The translations under genes were made by a program, and so were the position numbers. 64,000 nucleotides of DNA from the NCBI GenBank assembly GCA_963717145.1, contig OY970325.1, positions 1,440,001 to 1,504,000 of the forward strand, given 5' to 3'. This document shows, one piece after another, positions 39,151-49,056 of this stretch (position 1 is its first letter; each line of letters begins with the position of its first letter). A model generated the notes under the pieces. The model did not search any database. It had not been told where the DNA came from and saw only the letters and a list, made by a program, of their open reading frames with translations. This DNA is from an uncultured Armatimonadetes bacterium. Its GTDB lineage: Bacteria > Armatimonadota > UBA5829 > DTJY01.

Positions 39151-40131
39151 TTACTTATCCGTCGCCCAGGGATACTTGAACCCGTGGACCCAGGCGTGCG
39201 TATGAAGGCGCTCGACCTCCTCGGGCGTCATCTCGACCTTGTCGGAAACCGCAATGTTCTCATCGACATGTCCCGCGCTCCTCATGCCGGGGATCACCGT
39301 CGAAACCGCCGGGTGCGCGAGGGTGAACTTCAGCGCCGCCTGAGCCATCGTGCGACGGTCGTTCTCAACCCAACGGAGCGCCTCGACGTGCTCCCACGCC
39401 TCCTCGAGTCGCCCATCCCCGAGCCATCGAGCGCGCCAATCGCCCTCAGCGAACTGATAGCCCGGACCGATCTTGCCGGTCAGGAGGCCCTCCTCGAACG
39501 GGACGCGGACGATGATGCCGACGTTGTGCTCGATCGCCGCCGGGAAGAGCTGCTCGGCCGGACGCTGCTCGAAGATGCTGTAGATCACCTGGACGCTGTC
39601 TATGAGGTCGGATTTCACCAGCTCGACTCCGCCATACGGGTCCCAGTCGTTCACGCTGACGCCGAAGAAGCGGATCTTCCCTTGCTCCTTGAGTTTCACG
39701 AGCGCTTCGTACCACTGCATGTCCTCGTTGAAGGCGTCGCTCCAGACGTGAAGCTGGGTCAGGTCCAGGCAGTCGGTTTCGAGGTTGCGAAGGCTTCGCT
39801 CGGTCATCTCGATGATCCAGTCCTTCGGGAAGACCTCGCTCACCGGGACGCCCGGGATCGGCGGCCACTTGTAGTTCTTCGGCGGGACCTTCGAGGCAAC
39901 CATGCATCGCTCTCCACGCTCCTTGAACGCGCGGGCGATCAACTTCTCGCTGTGACCGTCACCGTAGCACGCCGCGGTATCTATGAAGTTGAGGCCCTGA
40001 TCCATCGCGCGCTGGATCGCCGCGACGGCATCGTCGTCCTCCTTCGAGCCCCAGTCGCCGCCGATGCCCCATGCGCCGAACCCGACCTCCGATATCATCA
40101 TTCCCGTCCGTCCCAGGCTTCTGTACTTCAT
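39151..40131 (-). CDS. Aldo/keto reductase
   Basis: GFGAWGIGG, DTAACYG, SLRNL.TD, GKIRFFGVS, VIPG. Confidence 0.93.
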   Translation of the reverse strand: MKYRSLGRTGMMISEVGFGAWGIGGDWGSKEDDDAVAAIQRAMDQGLNFIDTAACYGDGHSEKLIARAFKERGERCMVASKVPPKNYKWPPIPGVPVSEVFPKDWIIEMTERSLRNLETDCLDLTQLHVWSDAFNEDMQWYEALVKLKEQGKIRFFGVSVNDWDPYGGVELVKSDLIDSVQVIYSIFEQRPAEQLFPAAIEHNVGIIVRVPFEEGLLTGKIGPGYQFAEGDWRARWLGDGRLEEAWEHVEALRWVENDRRTMAQAALKFTLAHPAVSTVIPGMRSAGHVDENIAVSDKVEMTPEEVERLHTHAWVHGFKYPWATDK

Positions 40132-40177
40132 CTCACCCTCCGATTGGTTCGTTGCCTCACTATACCACAGGGAGGAG

Positions 40178-40218
40178 AGAACACGGAAGCACGGAAGGAG
40201 AGGAAGACACAGAAGGAG
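40178..40218. repeat. ACACGGAAG-type degenerate array
   Basis: acacggaagcacggaaggagaggaagacacagaagg; sibling at 59778. Confidence 0.5.
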
Positions 40219-40258
40219 ATTTGTCGTAATTCACGGAAGACTTGAGGGAGGAAGCGGA

Positions 40259-41323
40259 ATGAAGGGGATTCGGATGTCCACTGTGAAATCCTATGCTCAA
40301 GCTGTCCTCGGTAAGCTGATCGAGCGCATCGGCATTCGGTCGGTCGCGTTCGAGGCGACACAGGAGTGCAACCAGGACTGCGTCTTCTGTTACAACGTCT
40401 GGAAGGCCGGCGCGTATCCGCATGGGCAAATGGATGCCGCCCGGTCGAAGGATCTTCTCGATCGCATCATCCGGGGATACCGCCCGCAGGTTCTCAGCTT
40501 CACCGGCGGAGAGCCGCTGCTTCGACCGGATATCGTCGAGCTGGTCCGACACGTCTCCCGGCGAGTCAGCACCAACCTCATCACCAATGGCACGCTCATG
40601 ACCGACGACTTGGCGAGGGAACTCGTTCAAGCGAAGGTGCGCACCTTCGAGTTCACGCTCCTCTCTGCTGATCGCGAGGTCCACAACTCGCTTGTCGGGC
40701 GCAAGTCGTTCGATGAGGTGATCGATGGGATAGCTTCAGTCCGCGCAGCGGGAGGCAATGTGGCCACCACCTTCGTCGCGATGAAGCAGAACATCGGTTC
40801 GTGGCAGGAAACCCTCCAACTGAACGCGGCGCTCGGCGTCTCGGGGATACTCTTCAACCGGTTCAACGTCGGCGGTTCGGGCATCGAGTGCGCGGACGAG
40901 TTGATGCCGTCGGTCGATCAGTTGAACGAGGCGCTCAGGCTCGCCGACGAGGGCGCAGAACGATTCGGAATCAGCATCTCGTGCGGAGTGCCGATTCCGC
41001 CGTGCGTGGTTGATTGGGATCGTTACCCGAACGTTCACTTCAGCCACTGCCCGGTCGGGACTCGCAAGGCATACCCAACGGTCGATCCGCTTGGGAATGT
41101 CCGTCCGTGCAACCACTCGCCCACGCTGCTCGGCAACCTATTCGACTCTGATATGCGGACGATCCTCCGCTCCCATGCCGCGGCCGGGTATGCATCCGGC
41201 ACGCCGGATGAGTGCCTCGACTGCGAACATGCGCCCGTCTGCCGTGGAGGATGCCGCGCGGCATCCGAAGTCTGTGGGGATGCGTGCGGCATCGATCCGT
41301 TCGTGGAGCTCTGCGGAGGATAA
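40259..41323 (+). CDS. Radical SAM/SPASM domain protein (PqqE-like maturase architecture)
   Basis: CNQDCVFC, TGGEP, ITNG; SPASM CPVG..GNVRPC..CLDC..CRGGC; GGGAGG RBS. Confidence 0.92.
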   Translation: MKGIRMSTVKSYAQAVLGKLIERIGIRSVAFEATQECNQDCVFCYNVWKAGAYPHGQMDAARSKDLLDRIIRGYRPQVLSFTGGEPLLRPDIVELVRHVSRRVSTNLITNGTLMTDDLARELVQAKVRTFEFTLLSADREVHNSLVGRKSFDEVIDGIASVRAAGGNVATTFVAMKQNIGSWQETLQLNAALGVSGILFNRFNVGGSGIECADELMPSVDQLNEALRLADEGAERFGISISCGVPIPPCVVDWDRYPNVHFSHCPVGTRKAYPTVDPLGNVRPCNHSPTLLGNLFDSDMRTILRSHAAAGYASGTPDECLDCEHAPVCRGGCRAASEVCGDACGIDPFVELCGG

Positions 41324-41329
41324 CACGCC

Positions 41330-41575
41330 GTGAAGATCACTCGAGACACCGTAATCAAATGGATTCTTGGCCTGACCTTTCTCGCGATAGCAGCGGCACA
41401 AGGATGGCGGATGTGGCAGGAACTTCGTGAGAACTGCAGGATGTGCTACCTGCCGACCAATGAGCTACCGAAGCAGTCGATGGATCACTCGTCCTTGACC
41501 CGTAAGTACCATGACCTCGGGGTGATGAGCGACTCGGCGTTTGAGAAGATCTCGGAGATTCGGCATGGGGCGTAG
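41330..41575 (+). CDS. Small membrane protein with CY motif and SHOCT-like tail
   Basis: GGAGGA RBS, GTG start; TM; MCY..LTRKYHDLGVMSDSAFEKI. Confidence 0.75.
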   Translation: MKITRDTVIKWILGLTFLAIAAAQGWRMWQELRENCRMCYLPTNELPKQSMDHSSLTRKYHDLGVMSDSAFEKISEIRHGA

Positions 41576-41620
41576 CTTTTCGGGCCGCTGAACCGTTGTG
41601 GTATGTGGGGGTAATAGACG

Positions 41621-42418
41621 ATGAGGAACCTGCACTTCGCGTATGTCGTCATAGCCGTTCTGCTGTTCGGGGCCGGGCTGTTCAAGGTCAAGGTCTGGGA
41701 ACGTTCACTGGGACTCCGACCGACGGAGTTCAGGCTAGAGATGTCGGAGAAGCACTTGTCGACGATCTCCGACCTGCTCCATGTATATCGAGTACGCACC
41801 GGCCGATACCCAACGAATGATGAGGGACTCCTTGCGGTGCCGGAGTTGGCGGCTCTCGTCGGCAGTTCAGGGGAGGTTCGTTCCCGGGACTATCGCTGGA
41901 GAATGAATGACGCCGGGATACTTTCTCCGTGGGGTGAGCCCTACATCTACGAGAATGAAACGCACGAGTCAGGGAACGCCATGTGGTTGGTGCGGGTGAA
42001 CGATGATGTCTGCGTCTGGTCACTGGCGGCAAAGAAGGCATACAGCCATTACTCGACGTGGTCATCCTGGCTGGGGCGAGCCAGGATTGCCCTTATGCTC
42101 GCAGCCATCCTCTTCTTCGCTGCTTTCATCCGAGGCGCCGTTCGAGCAGGCGCATCATCACCTGCCAGCAAGCTTCCCCGAACAGCCCTCCATCTACTCG
42201 GGGGCATTGGGCTCGGCGCGGTCGTGGCATTGTTTCTCCCCGTATTGATGGGTGTCACGACGTGCTACGTCACGAACTACGGGAACCGGTCTCGCACGCC
42301 GAAACTGACCAGGGAGTACATGGCCTTGATGACGGAGTACCGCGGGCGCGGCATCATCGGCGACTCGGCGTTCGAGAAGATCGAGGCGGCGATGAAGAAG
42401 AGCAGCGGCGAGGACTGA
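41621..42418 (+). CDS. 3-TM protein with GspG-like (T2SSG) domain, CY motif and SHOCT-like tail
   Basis: YRVRTGRYPTNDEGL, SPWGEPYIY; TCY..LMTEYRGRGIIGDSAFEKI. Confidence 0.8.
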   Translation: MRNLHFAYVVIAVLLFGAGLFKVKVWERSLGLRPTEFRLEMSEKHLSTISDLLHVYRVRTGRYPTNDEGLLAVPELAALVGSSGEVRSRDYRWRMNDAGILSPWGEPYIYENETHESGNAMWLVRVNDDVCVWSLAAKKAYSHYSTWSSWLGRARIALMLAAILFFAAFIRGAVRAGASSPASKLPRTALHLLGGIGLGAVVALFLPVLMGVTTCYVTNYGNRSRTPKLTREYMALMTEYRGRGIIGDSAFEKIEAAMKKSSGED

Positions 42419-42430
42419 CAGGAGGGCGAC

Positions 42431-43282
42431 ATGCGCTACCTATGTCTGGCAATCGGGCTCATACTCCTGGCTTTGGGAATCTTCGGATTCGATGGCCGGG
42501 CCGGGCGGATACTGGACCCGTATCCTCCGCTGCGGGGTCTCGATTCGAGCAGACAGCAGATGGAGTGGGTCGCCCATTTCGTGAGGGAGTACCGGGTCAC
42601 CAATGGGCACTATCCGTCCAACGATGAAGGTCTGATCCTCATTACCGATACGATTCGGCGCGCACGTGCCGACGAGCACAGGTCAACCGATGGCGACACT
42701 CCCAAGTGGCCGGGGTTCCGGCCGGGCCAGTTCGACGGTATCTCCGTCACTTCGCTTTGGGACGAGCCCTTCATCTACGAGAACCGCCGAGGGATCCCGG
42801 CAGCCAAGTTCGCCGGATCGATGGTGGACGCGGACAAGGACCGAGAGTACTCGGTCCGGGTGGATGACGGCGTGTATATCTGGTGTCTCGCCGCCGCTAA
42901 GCTCGACGAGATACATCACTCCCGTCTGAGAAAGAGAACTCCGATCAGAGCATCGCTGATCGGCCTCGGTTCGTTGTTGGTCCTTGCCTACCTGATTCCC
43001 ACCGTCAGATCGGTCGATCGATCCCGACGGGGATTCCCTGCATACCGAGAACTGCTGGGGTCACTCGCAGGTGGCTTCGGTGTCGGCGCGCTCGTGTTCA
43101 TATTCCTCTCGCCCCTGTTCGCCCACGTCTCGTGCTACAAGATGGCGATCATGCACCCGCCGCGCCTGCGCGAGGGTTACGAGGAGTTGATGACCAGGTA
43201 CCGGGATCAGGGCGTGATCAGCGATGAGGCGTATGAGAAGCTGATCCTATCGGTCAGCAAGTATCGAAACCACCGCCGATAG
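42431..43282 (+). CDS. 3-TM protein with GspG-like (T2SSG) domain, CY motif and SHOCT-like tail
   Basis: YRVTNGHYPSNDEGL, SLWDEPFIYEN; SCY..LMTRYRDQGVISDEAYEKL. Confidence 0.8.
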   Translation: MRYLCLAIGLILLALGIFGFDGRAGRILDPYPPLRGLDSSRQQMEWVAHFVREYRVTNGHYPSNDEGLILITDTIRRARADEHRSTDGDTPKWPGFRPGQFDGISVTSLWDEPFIYENRRGIPAAKFAGSMVDADKDREYSVRVDDGVYIWCLAAAKLDEIHHSRLRKRTPIRASLIGLGSLLVLAYLIPTVRSVDRSRRGFPAYRELLGSLAGGFGVGALVFIFLSPLFAHVSCYKMAIMHPPRLREGYEELMTRYRDQGVISDEAYEKLILSVSKYRNHRR

Positions 43283-43318
43283 AGGACATCCGGCAGCCGC
43301 AGTCTAATGCGGAATGAG

Positions 43319-43345
43319 CGGGAGGGCGTTGAAGCCCTCCCCTAC
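43319..43345 (-). repeat. GTAG-family REP
   Basis: GTAGGGGAGGGCTTCAACGCCCTCCCG. Confidence 0.75.
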
Positions 43346-43362
43346 CGTTTGTGAGGACATGA

Positions 43363-43893
43363 ATGAGACGAGTTGCCGTCATTGGATGCGGGGGAGCAGG
43401 TAAGTCGACGCTCGCGAGGGAGCTTGGCTCGATCCTTGGCATCGAGGTCATCCACCTGGATGCGCTGAACTGGAAGCCGGGATGGGTCGATACCCCGACA
43501 GAGGAGTTCCGGGCGGTGCAGGATGACCTCTTGAAGCGCGACTCCTGGATCATCGACGGCAACTACGGGGCCACGATGCCCGGCCGCCTCGCCGCGGCGG
43601 ATACCGTTGTGTTCCTGGACTACCCTACCCTCCTCTGCCTCTACCGCGCCATCAGGCGGATCATCCATTACTATGGAAGAACCAGGCCGGACATGGGTCC
43701 GGGTTGCCCTGAGAAGTTCGACCTGTCCTACGTCAACTGGATCCTCGGATTCCGCAGGCGGCCTCGGACATCGATTCTCAGACGGATCGAGGAGCACTGT
43801 GAGGGCAAGAGAGTGATCATCCTGCGCAGTCCGAAGGAGGCGGAGGCGTTCCTTCGAGAGCTGTCTCGGCACACCCCGACAGAGGCAGCGTAA
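43363..43893 (+). CDS. FlaR-like P-loop (adenylate-kinase-like) topology modulation protein
   Basis: GCGGAGKST, HLDALNWKPGW, WIIDGNY, GCPEKFD. Confidence 0.88.
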   Translation: MRRVAVIGCGGAGKSTLARELGSILGIEVIHLDALNWKPGWVDTPTEEFRAVQDDLLKRDSWIIDGNYGATMPGRLAAADTVVFLDYPTLLCLYRAIRRIIHYYGRTRPDMGPGCPEKFDLSYVNWILGFRRRPRTSILRRIEEHCEGKRVIILRSPKEAEAFLRELSRHTPTEAA

Positions 43894-45259
43894 CCGTGAA
43901 CTTCGTCCCGACGCCAACCGCGCTCTCCACATCGACCGTTCCTCCATGAGCGTCCGCTATCGTTCGCACTATGGAAAGCCCCAGTCCCGTTCCATCAAGT
44001 GTGAGTTTTCGGGCCTCGTCACTGCGGTAGAACTCCTCGAAGATGCGTTCCTGTTCCGCGTCGGGTATGCCGATGCCTGTGTCTGAGACCACTATTCGCA
44101 AGCGATCATCAGCTCCACCAACGCGCACGGTGACGGTCCCGCCCTGGTGCGAATACTTGATCGCATTGCTGACCAAGTTGGTGAGCAGTTGCTCCAGCCC
44201 CTCGGGGTCGCCGCAGATGACAGGAGTATCACCCCGTCTATCGGTAATCACGTTGATGGACCTGGCCCGGGCGTATTCCTCATGCAGGCCAACGACGGTT
44301 TCGATGAGCTGCTCGATGTGAATCTTCTTCCGTCTGGACGAGGGCAGCCTCTCCTCAGCGGCCGCGAGGATGAGAAGGTCGCCGACGACCGCAAGCAGTT
44401 CGCGCGTCCTGCGCTTGGCCCTCAGTATCATCTCGCGGGCATCCGGGGAAACCTCTCCGTGCAACCCATCGGCCACAACTCGCAGCAGGCTGTCCACCGC
44501 CGCCAGCGGAGAACGCAACTCGTGCGCCACCTTGCGCGTGTAGACGCGTTTCGCCTCATCAAGCCCGGCGAGATCATCGTAAGCGATCTGGAGCATATCC
44601 GCATTGTGGCTGACCTTCCGCAGCAGTGTAACCACCTGATCCTCCCGGAAGCGCAGACGGCTGGCGGTCGATGTCGCAAGGTAGACCGTCCCATAAAGCG
44701 CGGTCGCCATCACCCAGACAGCCCCGAGGACCGAGGTCCCGTTCACGTGCATTCCGGGGAAAACCATGCCAATCGGTGAGTCGTAGTGGGGAAGCAGTTC
44801 AAAGTACTCACCGATCGCCATGATCGCGAAGATGGCCAGGGCCACCGTGGCCTGTGCATAGGCGGCTCGCCGGGAGAGCAGAATGCTTGCGATCACCATG
44901 TGGAAAACGAAATAGAAGCCAAAGAGGTTCTCGATACCGCCTGAGAAGTGGATGAGCACTCCGAGGATGACCAGATCGCACACGATCTGGATGTTCGCCA
45001 GCCGTGAGGAGATCCTCTCGATATGCTCGACCCCGACGCGGTTGACCTGTCGCCAGTCCAGATAGGCCACCAGGTTGTAGCACGGGATGGCGCATGCGGT
45101 GACGTACAGGCTCAACCATGGAAGAGAGCTGTCGAATGCGAGGCGCGCGACCAATATCGTGGCGGCAACTCCGACAAACGCAAGCCAGCGGAGGCGGATG
45201 AGCCACCCGATCCGATCGATAAGCTCGAGTTGCGAGAGGCTGAGGTCGTCATTCTCCAT
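43817..45259 (-). CDS. Membrane sensor histidine kinase
   Basis: About 6 TM; AHELRSPL, NLVSNAIKY, DTGIGI, GTGLGL. Confidence 0.92.
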   Translation of the reverse strand: MENDDLSLSQLELIDRIGWLIRLRWLAFVGVAATILVARLAFDSSLPWLSLYVTACAIPCYNLVAYLDWRQVNRVGVEHIERISSRLANIQIVCDLVILGVLIHFSGGIENLFGFYFVFHMVIASILLSRRAAYAQATVALAIFAIMAIGEYFELLPHYDSPIGMVFPGMHVNGTSVLGAVWVMATALYGTVYLATSTASRLRFREDQVVTLLRKVSHNADMLQIAYDDLAGLDEAKRVYTRKVAHELRSPLAAVDSLLRVVADGLHGEVSPDAREMILRAKRRTRELLAVVGDLLILAAAEERLPSSRRKKIHIEQLIETVVGLHEEYARARSINVITDRRGDTPVICGDPEGLEQLLTNLVSNAIKYSHQGGTVTVRVGGADDRLRIVVSDTGIGIPDAEQERIFEEFYRSDEARKLTLDGTGLGLSIVRTIADAHGGTVDVESAVGVGTKFTVTLPLSGCAETALEGTPPPPSDCAG

Positions 45260-45272
45260 GACGAGTACGGCC

Positions 45273-45686
45273 CTATCTCTTACTTGCCAGGATAGCTTCG
45301 ATCTTCGCAGCAAGCCGATCCGGATCCAGAGGCTTCTCGAGGAATCCCTGGACAGGCAGGTAATCTCCACTTTCGTCGGAGTCGCCTTGCCCGAAGCGGA
45401 ACCCGGTGGTCTGATGGATCGAACTGGCGACGATGATCGGCACTTCTCGAAGCGACGTATCCGTGTGATGCCTGATCTTGGAGACCCACTGGAATCCTTC
45501 GATCCCCTGCGGCATCATGATGTCCAGGATGATCAGATCGGGCCTTGCTTCCTCCAATGCCTTGAACCCCGCGTCAGGACCCTCCGCTGTGACGACCTCG
45601 TAACCCCGGTCCTGGAGGAGAAGCTTCGTCGCGTCACGGTAGTCAGGATCGTCATCGACAATCAGGATCTTTGACTTGCTCGCCAT
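45273..45686 (-). CDS. Single-domain response regulator
   Basis: ILIVDDD, PDLIILDIMMP, EKP; no output domain. Confidence 0.9.
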   Translation of the reverse strand: MASKSKILIVDDDPDYRDATKLLLQDRGYEVVTAEGPDAGFKALEEARPDLIILDIMMPQGIEGFQWVSKIRHHTDTSLREVPIIVASSIHQTTGFRFGQGDSDESGDYLPVQGFLEKPLDPDRLAAKIEAILASKR

Positions 45687-45880
45687 ATGTCCTTCACCTC
45701 TCTGGAACAAGCTCTGTGGCGTGTTCCGTTGATCAGAAACTGACTTAAGTTAAGAGTATGTCAAAACCCGGCTTTTGTCAAATTCCCATGGCTTTCACTG
45801 CTATGCAGGAGCATCCTCACCGGCCAAACTTGACATCACCCAACCCGCGTGGTACCTTACCGGTGATAGAGGTGACCACA

Positions 45881-47539
45881 TTGGATTCAGCCACACCGAA
45901 GAGCAACCGGGCGACGCCGATCACCGCGCCGCGGAGCATCCCCCTGATCATAGCCTGGGTTCTGGCAGTTGCGGCCATACTACTTACAATCGCGATACGC
46001 ATCCGACTGCTGGGAACACCGCTGGAACGCGACGAGGGCGAGTTTGCATACATGGGACAGCTCATCCTCAAAGGAATCGCCCCATACAAGGTCGCCTACA
46101 ACATGAAGCTCCCCGGCATATACGGCGTCTATGCCCTGATCATGGCAGTCTTCGGACAGACGGTGGTGGGGATCCACATCGGGCTTCTTCTGGCGAATCT
46201 GGCAACAAGCATACTCGTCTTCCTGCTCGGCCGACGGCTATGGAATACGCAGGTCGCGCTGATCGCCGCGGCGACCTATCCGATACTGACAATCGGACCG
46301 GCGGTCTACGGGCTCTCGGCTCACGCCACGCAATTCCAGATGCCGATGGTCCTGGGGGGGAGTATTCTGCTTCTGAAGGCTCTGGAATGCCGCAGATACG
46401 GTCTATTGTTCTGGAGCGGCCTGCTGATGGGGATGGCATACGTCACCAAGCAGCAGGCGATCATGTTTGCTGCCTTCGGGGGATGCTATCTGGTCTGGGC
46501 GCTCCTTCGCTCGCGGGAGTTCGAGCTGCCGCTGATCCTCAAGCGCGCCGCCATCTATGCACTGGGGGCCGCCATCCCATTGGCCGCTGTGTGCATCATC
46601 GTCCTGGCATCCGGAGCGTTCGGCAAGTTCTGGTTCTGGACGTTTTCCTACGCACGCCAATACGTAAGCTTGATCACTCCAGACGCAGGACTCGGGCTGC
46701 TCACCTATACATCCTCATACATGCTCGCGTTCATCCCGTGGCTGGCAGCACTCGGGGGCATAGGCTTGGCCGCTGTCTGGATTGATAGGATATCCCGAGA
46801 GCGTGCAGCGTTTATCACAGCTTTCCTCCTGTTCGGGTTCCTGGCGACGGCCCCCGGACTCTATTTTCGAGCCCATTATTTCGTTCTGGTCATGCCCGCC
46901 GTATCGCTGCTGATAGGCGTCGCGGTAACGTGGACGAGCCGCCTCCTCTCGCAGTTGAGATTCGCGGCCTTGCTGCAGGTTCTGCCGCTCGTCCTGCTGG
47001 CCGCTGCGGCGGCACAAACGATAGCGGTGAGCGGTGAGTTGTTCTTCAAGTCGACACCAACCGAAGCCTCGCGAATCGTGTATGGGGGCAGCCCGTTCCC
47101 GGAGTCGATCGTCATCGCTCGTTACATCAAGGAGCACACGAAGCCTGGGGAGAAGATCGCAGTCCTCGGGTCCGAGCCTCAGATCTACTTCTACGCCGAC
47201 CGTCCCTCAGCAACCGGCTACTTGTACGCGTACGGCTTGGCGGAGGTGCAGCCTCTCGCCCACCAGATGCAGCAAGAGGTGATTCGCGAAGTCGAGTCGG
47301 CTAAGCCGAAGTACATCATCTACGTGAACCTTGGGGGCTCTTGGCTGCTAAGAACCCGCTCGGACCGGACGATCCTCTACTGGCTTGCTGACTATGCGGC
47401 CTTGCACTACAAGGTCGTCGGCCTGGTGAATATTGTTTCGAGCGACCAGACCGACTACTATTGGGGCGAAGATGCGGACTACTATGCCCCTGCAGTCGCT
47501 CAGGGCATCTGCATCTTCGAGCGCAAGCCTGATCGTTGA
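45881..47539 (+). CDS. GT-C fold glycosyltransferase (PMT/ArnT-like)
   Basis: PLERDEGEFAY luminal motif, KLPG, many TMs; TTG start after GAGGTGA. Confidence 0.85.
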   Translation: MDSATPKSNRATPITAPRSIPLIIAWVLAVAAILLTIAIRIRLLGTPLERDEGEFAYMGQLILKGIAPYKVAYNMKLPGIYGVYALIMAVFGQTVVGIHIGLLLANLATSILVFLLGRRLWNTQVALIAAATYPILTIGPAVYGLSAHATQFQMPMVLGGSILLLKALECRRYGLLFWSGLLMGMAYVTKQQAIMFAAFGGCYLVWALLRSREFELPLILKRAAIYALGAAIPLAAVCIIVLASGAFGKFWFWTFSYARQYVSLITPDAGLGLLTYTSSYMLAFIPWLAALGGIGLAAVWIDRISRERAAFITAFLLFGFLATAPGLYFRAHYFVLVMPAVSLLIGVAVTWTSRLLSQLRFAALLQVLPLVLLAAAAAQTIAVSGELFFKSTPTEASRIVYGGSPFPESIVIARYIKEHTKPGEKIAVLGSEPQIYFYADRPSATGYLYAYGLAEVQPLAHQMQQEVIREVESAKPKYIIYVNLGGSWLLRTRSDRTILYWLADYAALHYKVVGLVNIVSSDQTDYYWGEDADYYAPAVAQGICIFERKPDR

Positions 47540-47607
47540 GGCTGCCGTTTCCAGATCAGACTCGCCGGGACTTCCCGCAAGGTTGGCCCTATCGCGTGCC
47601 CGAGCCC

Positions 47608-49040
47608 GGGTGCATTCGCGTTGAGTGGGTAGCAAGTAAGGAAGGAGTCTCCTGTAATAGTCGGTAATGGTTTGTTGAAGGACAAACATTCCGAAAGGAG
47701 ACTCCCAGAGAATGCTTACACTTTTGCACACAGACTCCCTCCTTCAGGCCGCTCGCGACTTTGCGCGCAGCTACATCGATTGCACGGACTTAGGGTCAGC
47801 CGAGGAGCGTATTCAGATCCTGGCGCGTCAGATTGCCGGCGCAATGATGAGTGAGGTTGCCGCCAAGATGAGCGGAAAGCCCACCTACAAGGGTGTTGGG
47901 ATAGAATGCGAATGCGGCAGACTGGCCAGGTTCAAGGGATACCGGAAACGCTTCATTCGGACTTTGCACGGAGACATAGAGGTCGAGAGGTCATACTACC
48001 GTTGCGACCATTGCAGGCGGGGCTACATTCCATGGGACCGCGAGCAGGGGCTGTCCGAGAGAGTATGGACCGCCAGAGTGAAGGAACTCACCGCCTCGAT
48101 CTGCGCCGCGCTTCCATATGAAGCAGCCGCAAGGCTGATCGAGCGAACCACGGGTATTGCGATCGAAGAGAGCAGCGAAGAAGAGATAGTCCGGGATGTT
48201 GGGGAATGCCTCCGCCGAGAGGAGCAGGAAGCGATCATCTCTGTGGTAGACACAGGTGAAGAGGTCTCCTGCGAGGCGACGCCACAGAGGCTCTACATTG
48301 GCATAGACGCGGCCAAAGCGCACACCGATGGCCAGTGGCATGACATCAAGACCATGGTGGTATACGAAGGCGTTCCGGCTGCAGGCAAAGACACGGATAC
48401 CGTCACCAACTCGCGCTACATAGCGGCGCAAGAGACGAGCGACGAGTTCGGGAGACGGGTATACACCAGAGCACTGCAAGCCGGCTATGACGGGGCAAAA
48501 GAGCGTATAGTGATCGCCGACGGCGCAGACTGGATATGGAGAGAGGTCAGGAATCATCTGCCGGAGAGCATCAAGATCATCGACTACTGGCATGCCTGTG
48601 AGCACATATACGGCTTGGCGCGGACACTCTACGGAGAGGGGAATCCCAAAGGGAAGCGCTGGGCAAACGAACACTGCCGGAAGCTTAAAGAGAAGGGGCC
48701 GGGGAGTCTGCTTAGAGCCATGAAGCGGCGCAGAGCACGAAACGATTCTGAGAGGGAAGCGCTTCGGATCGAGACAGGCTACTTCAGAAAGTACCGCAAG
48801 TACATGAACTACCCGGCATACAGGGCCAAGGGGATGATGATAGGCAGCGGTCCGGTGGAAGCGGCGTGCAAGGTGATAGTAGGCCAGAGGTTAAAGCAAG
48901 CCGGGATGCGATGGACGAAGGACGGCGCAGATGCAGTGCTCGCGGTGAGAACTGCCCTCCTAAGCGGCGAACTGGCTCGGATCGAGCACGCAGCACGTGC
49001 CGCCTGAGCCGTGCTCTACCCACTCTGAGGAATTCCACCC
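47608..49040 (+). mobile_element. Complete ISKra4-family insertion sequence
   Basis: Imperfect 25-bp IRs GGGTG..GAGTGGGTAG (18/25); 9-bp direct repeat CCCGAGCCC at 47599-47607 and 49041-49049. Confidence 0.9.
47712..49007 (+). CDS. ISKra4-family transposase
   Basis: ERSYYRC, ADGADWIW, DYWHA, IGSGPVEAACK..RLKQAGMRW. Confidence 0.92.
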   Translation: MLTLLHTDSLLQAARDFARSYIDCTDLGSAEERIQILARQIAGAMMSEVAAKMSGKPTYKGVGIECECGRLARFKGYRKRFIRTLHGDIEVERSYYRCDHCRRGYIPWDREQGLSERVWTARVKELTASICAALPYEAAARLIERTTGIAIEESSEEEIVRDVGECLRREEQEAIISVVDTGEEVSCEATPQRLYIGIDAAKAHTDGQWHDIKTMVVYEGVPAAGKDTDTVTNSRYIAAQETSDEFGRRVYTRALQAGYDGAKERIVIADGADWIWREVRNHLPESIKIIDYWHACEHIYGLARTLYGEGNPKGKRWANEHCRKLKEKGPGSLLRAMKRRRARNDSEREALRIETGYFRKYRKYMNYPAYRAKGMMIGSGPVEAACKVIVGQRLKQAGMRWTKDGADAVLAVRTALLSGELARIEHAARAA

Positions 49041-49056
49041 CCCGAGCCCTGACGGC

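Noticed and set aside
41621-43282. Bona fide type II secretion gspG genes
   Set aside because: No prepilin cleavage motif, extra C-terminal TMs and no gspD/E/F nearby
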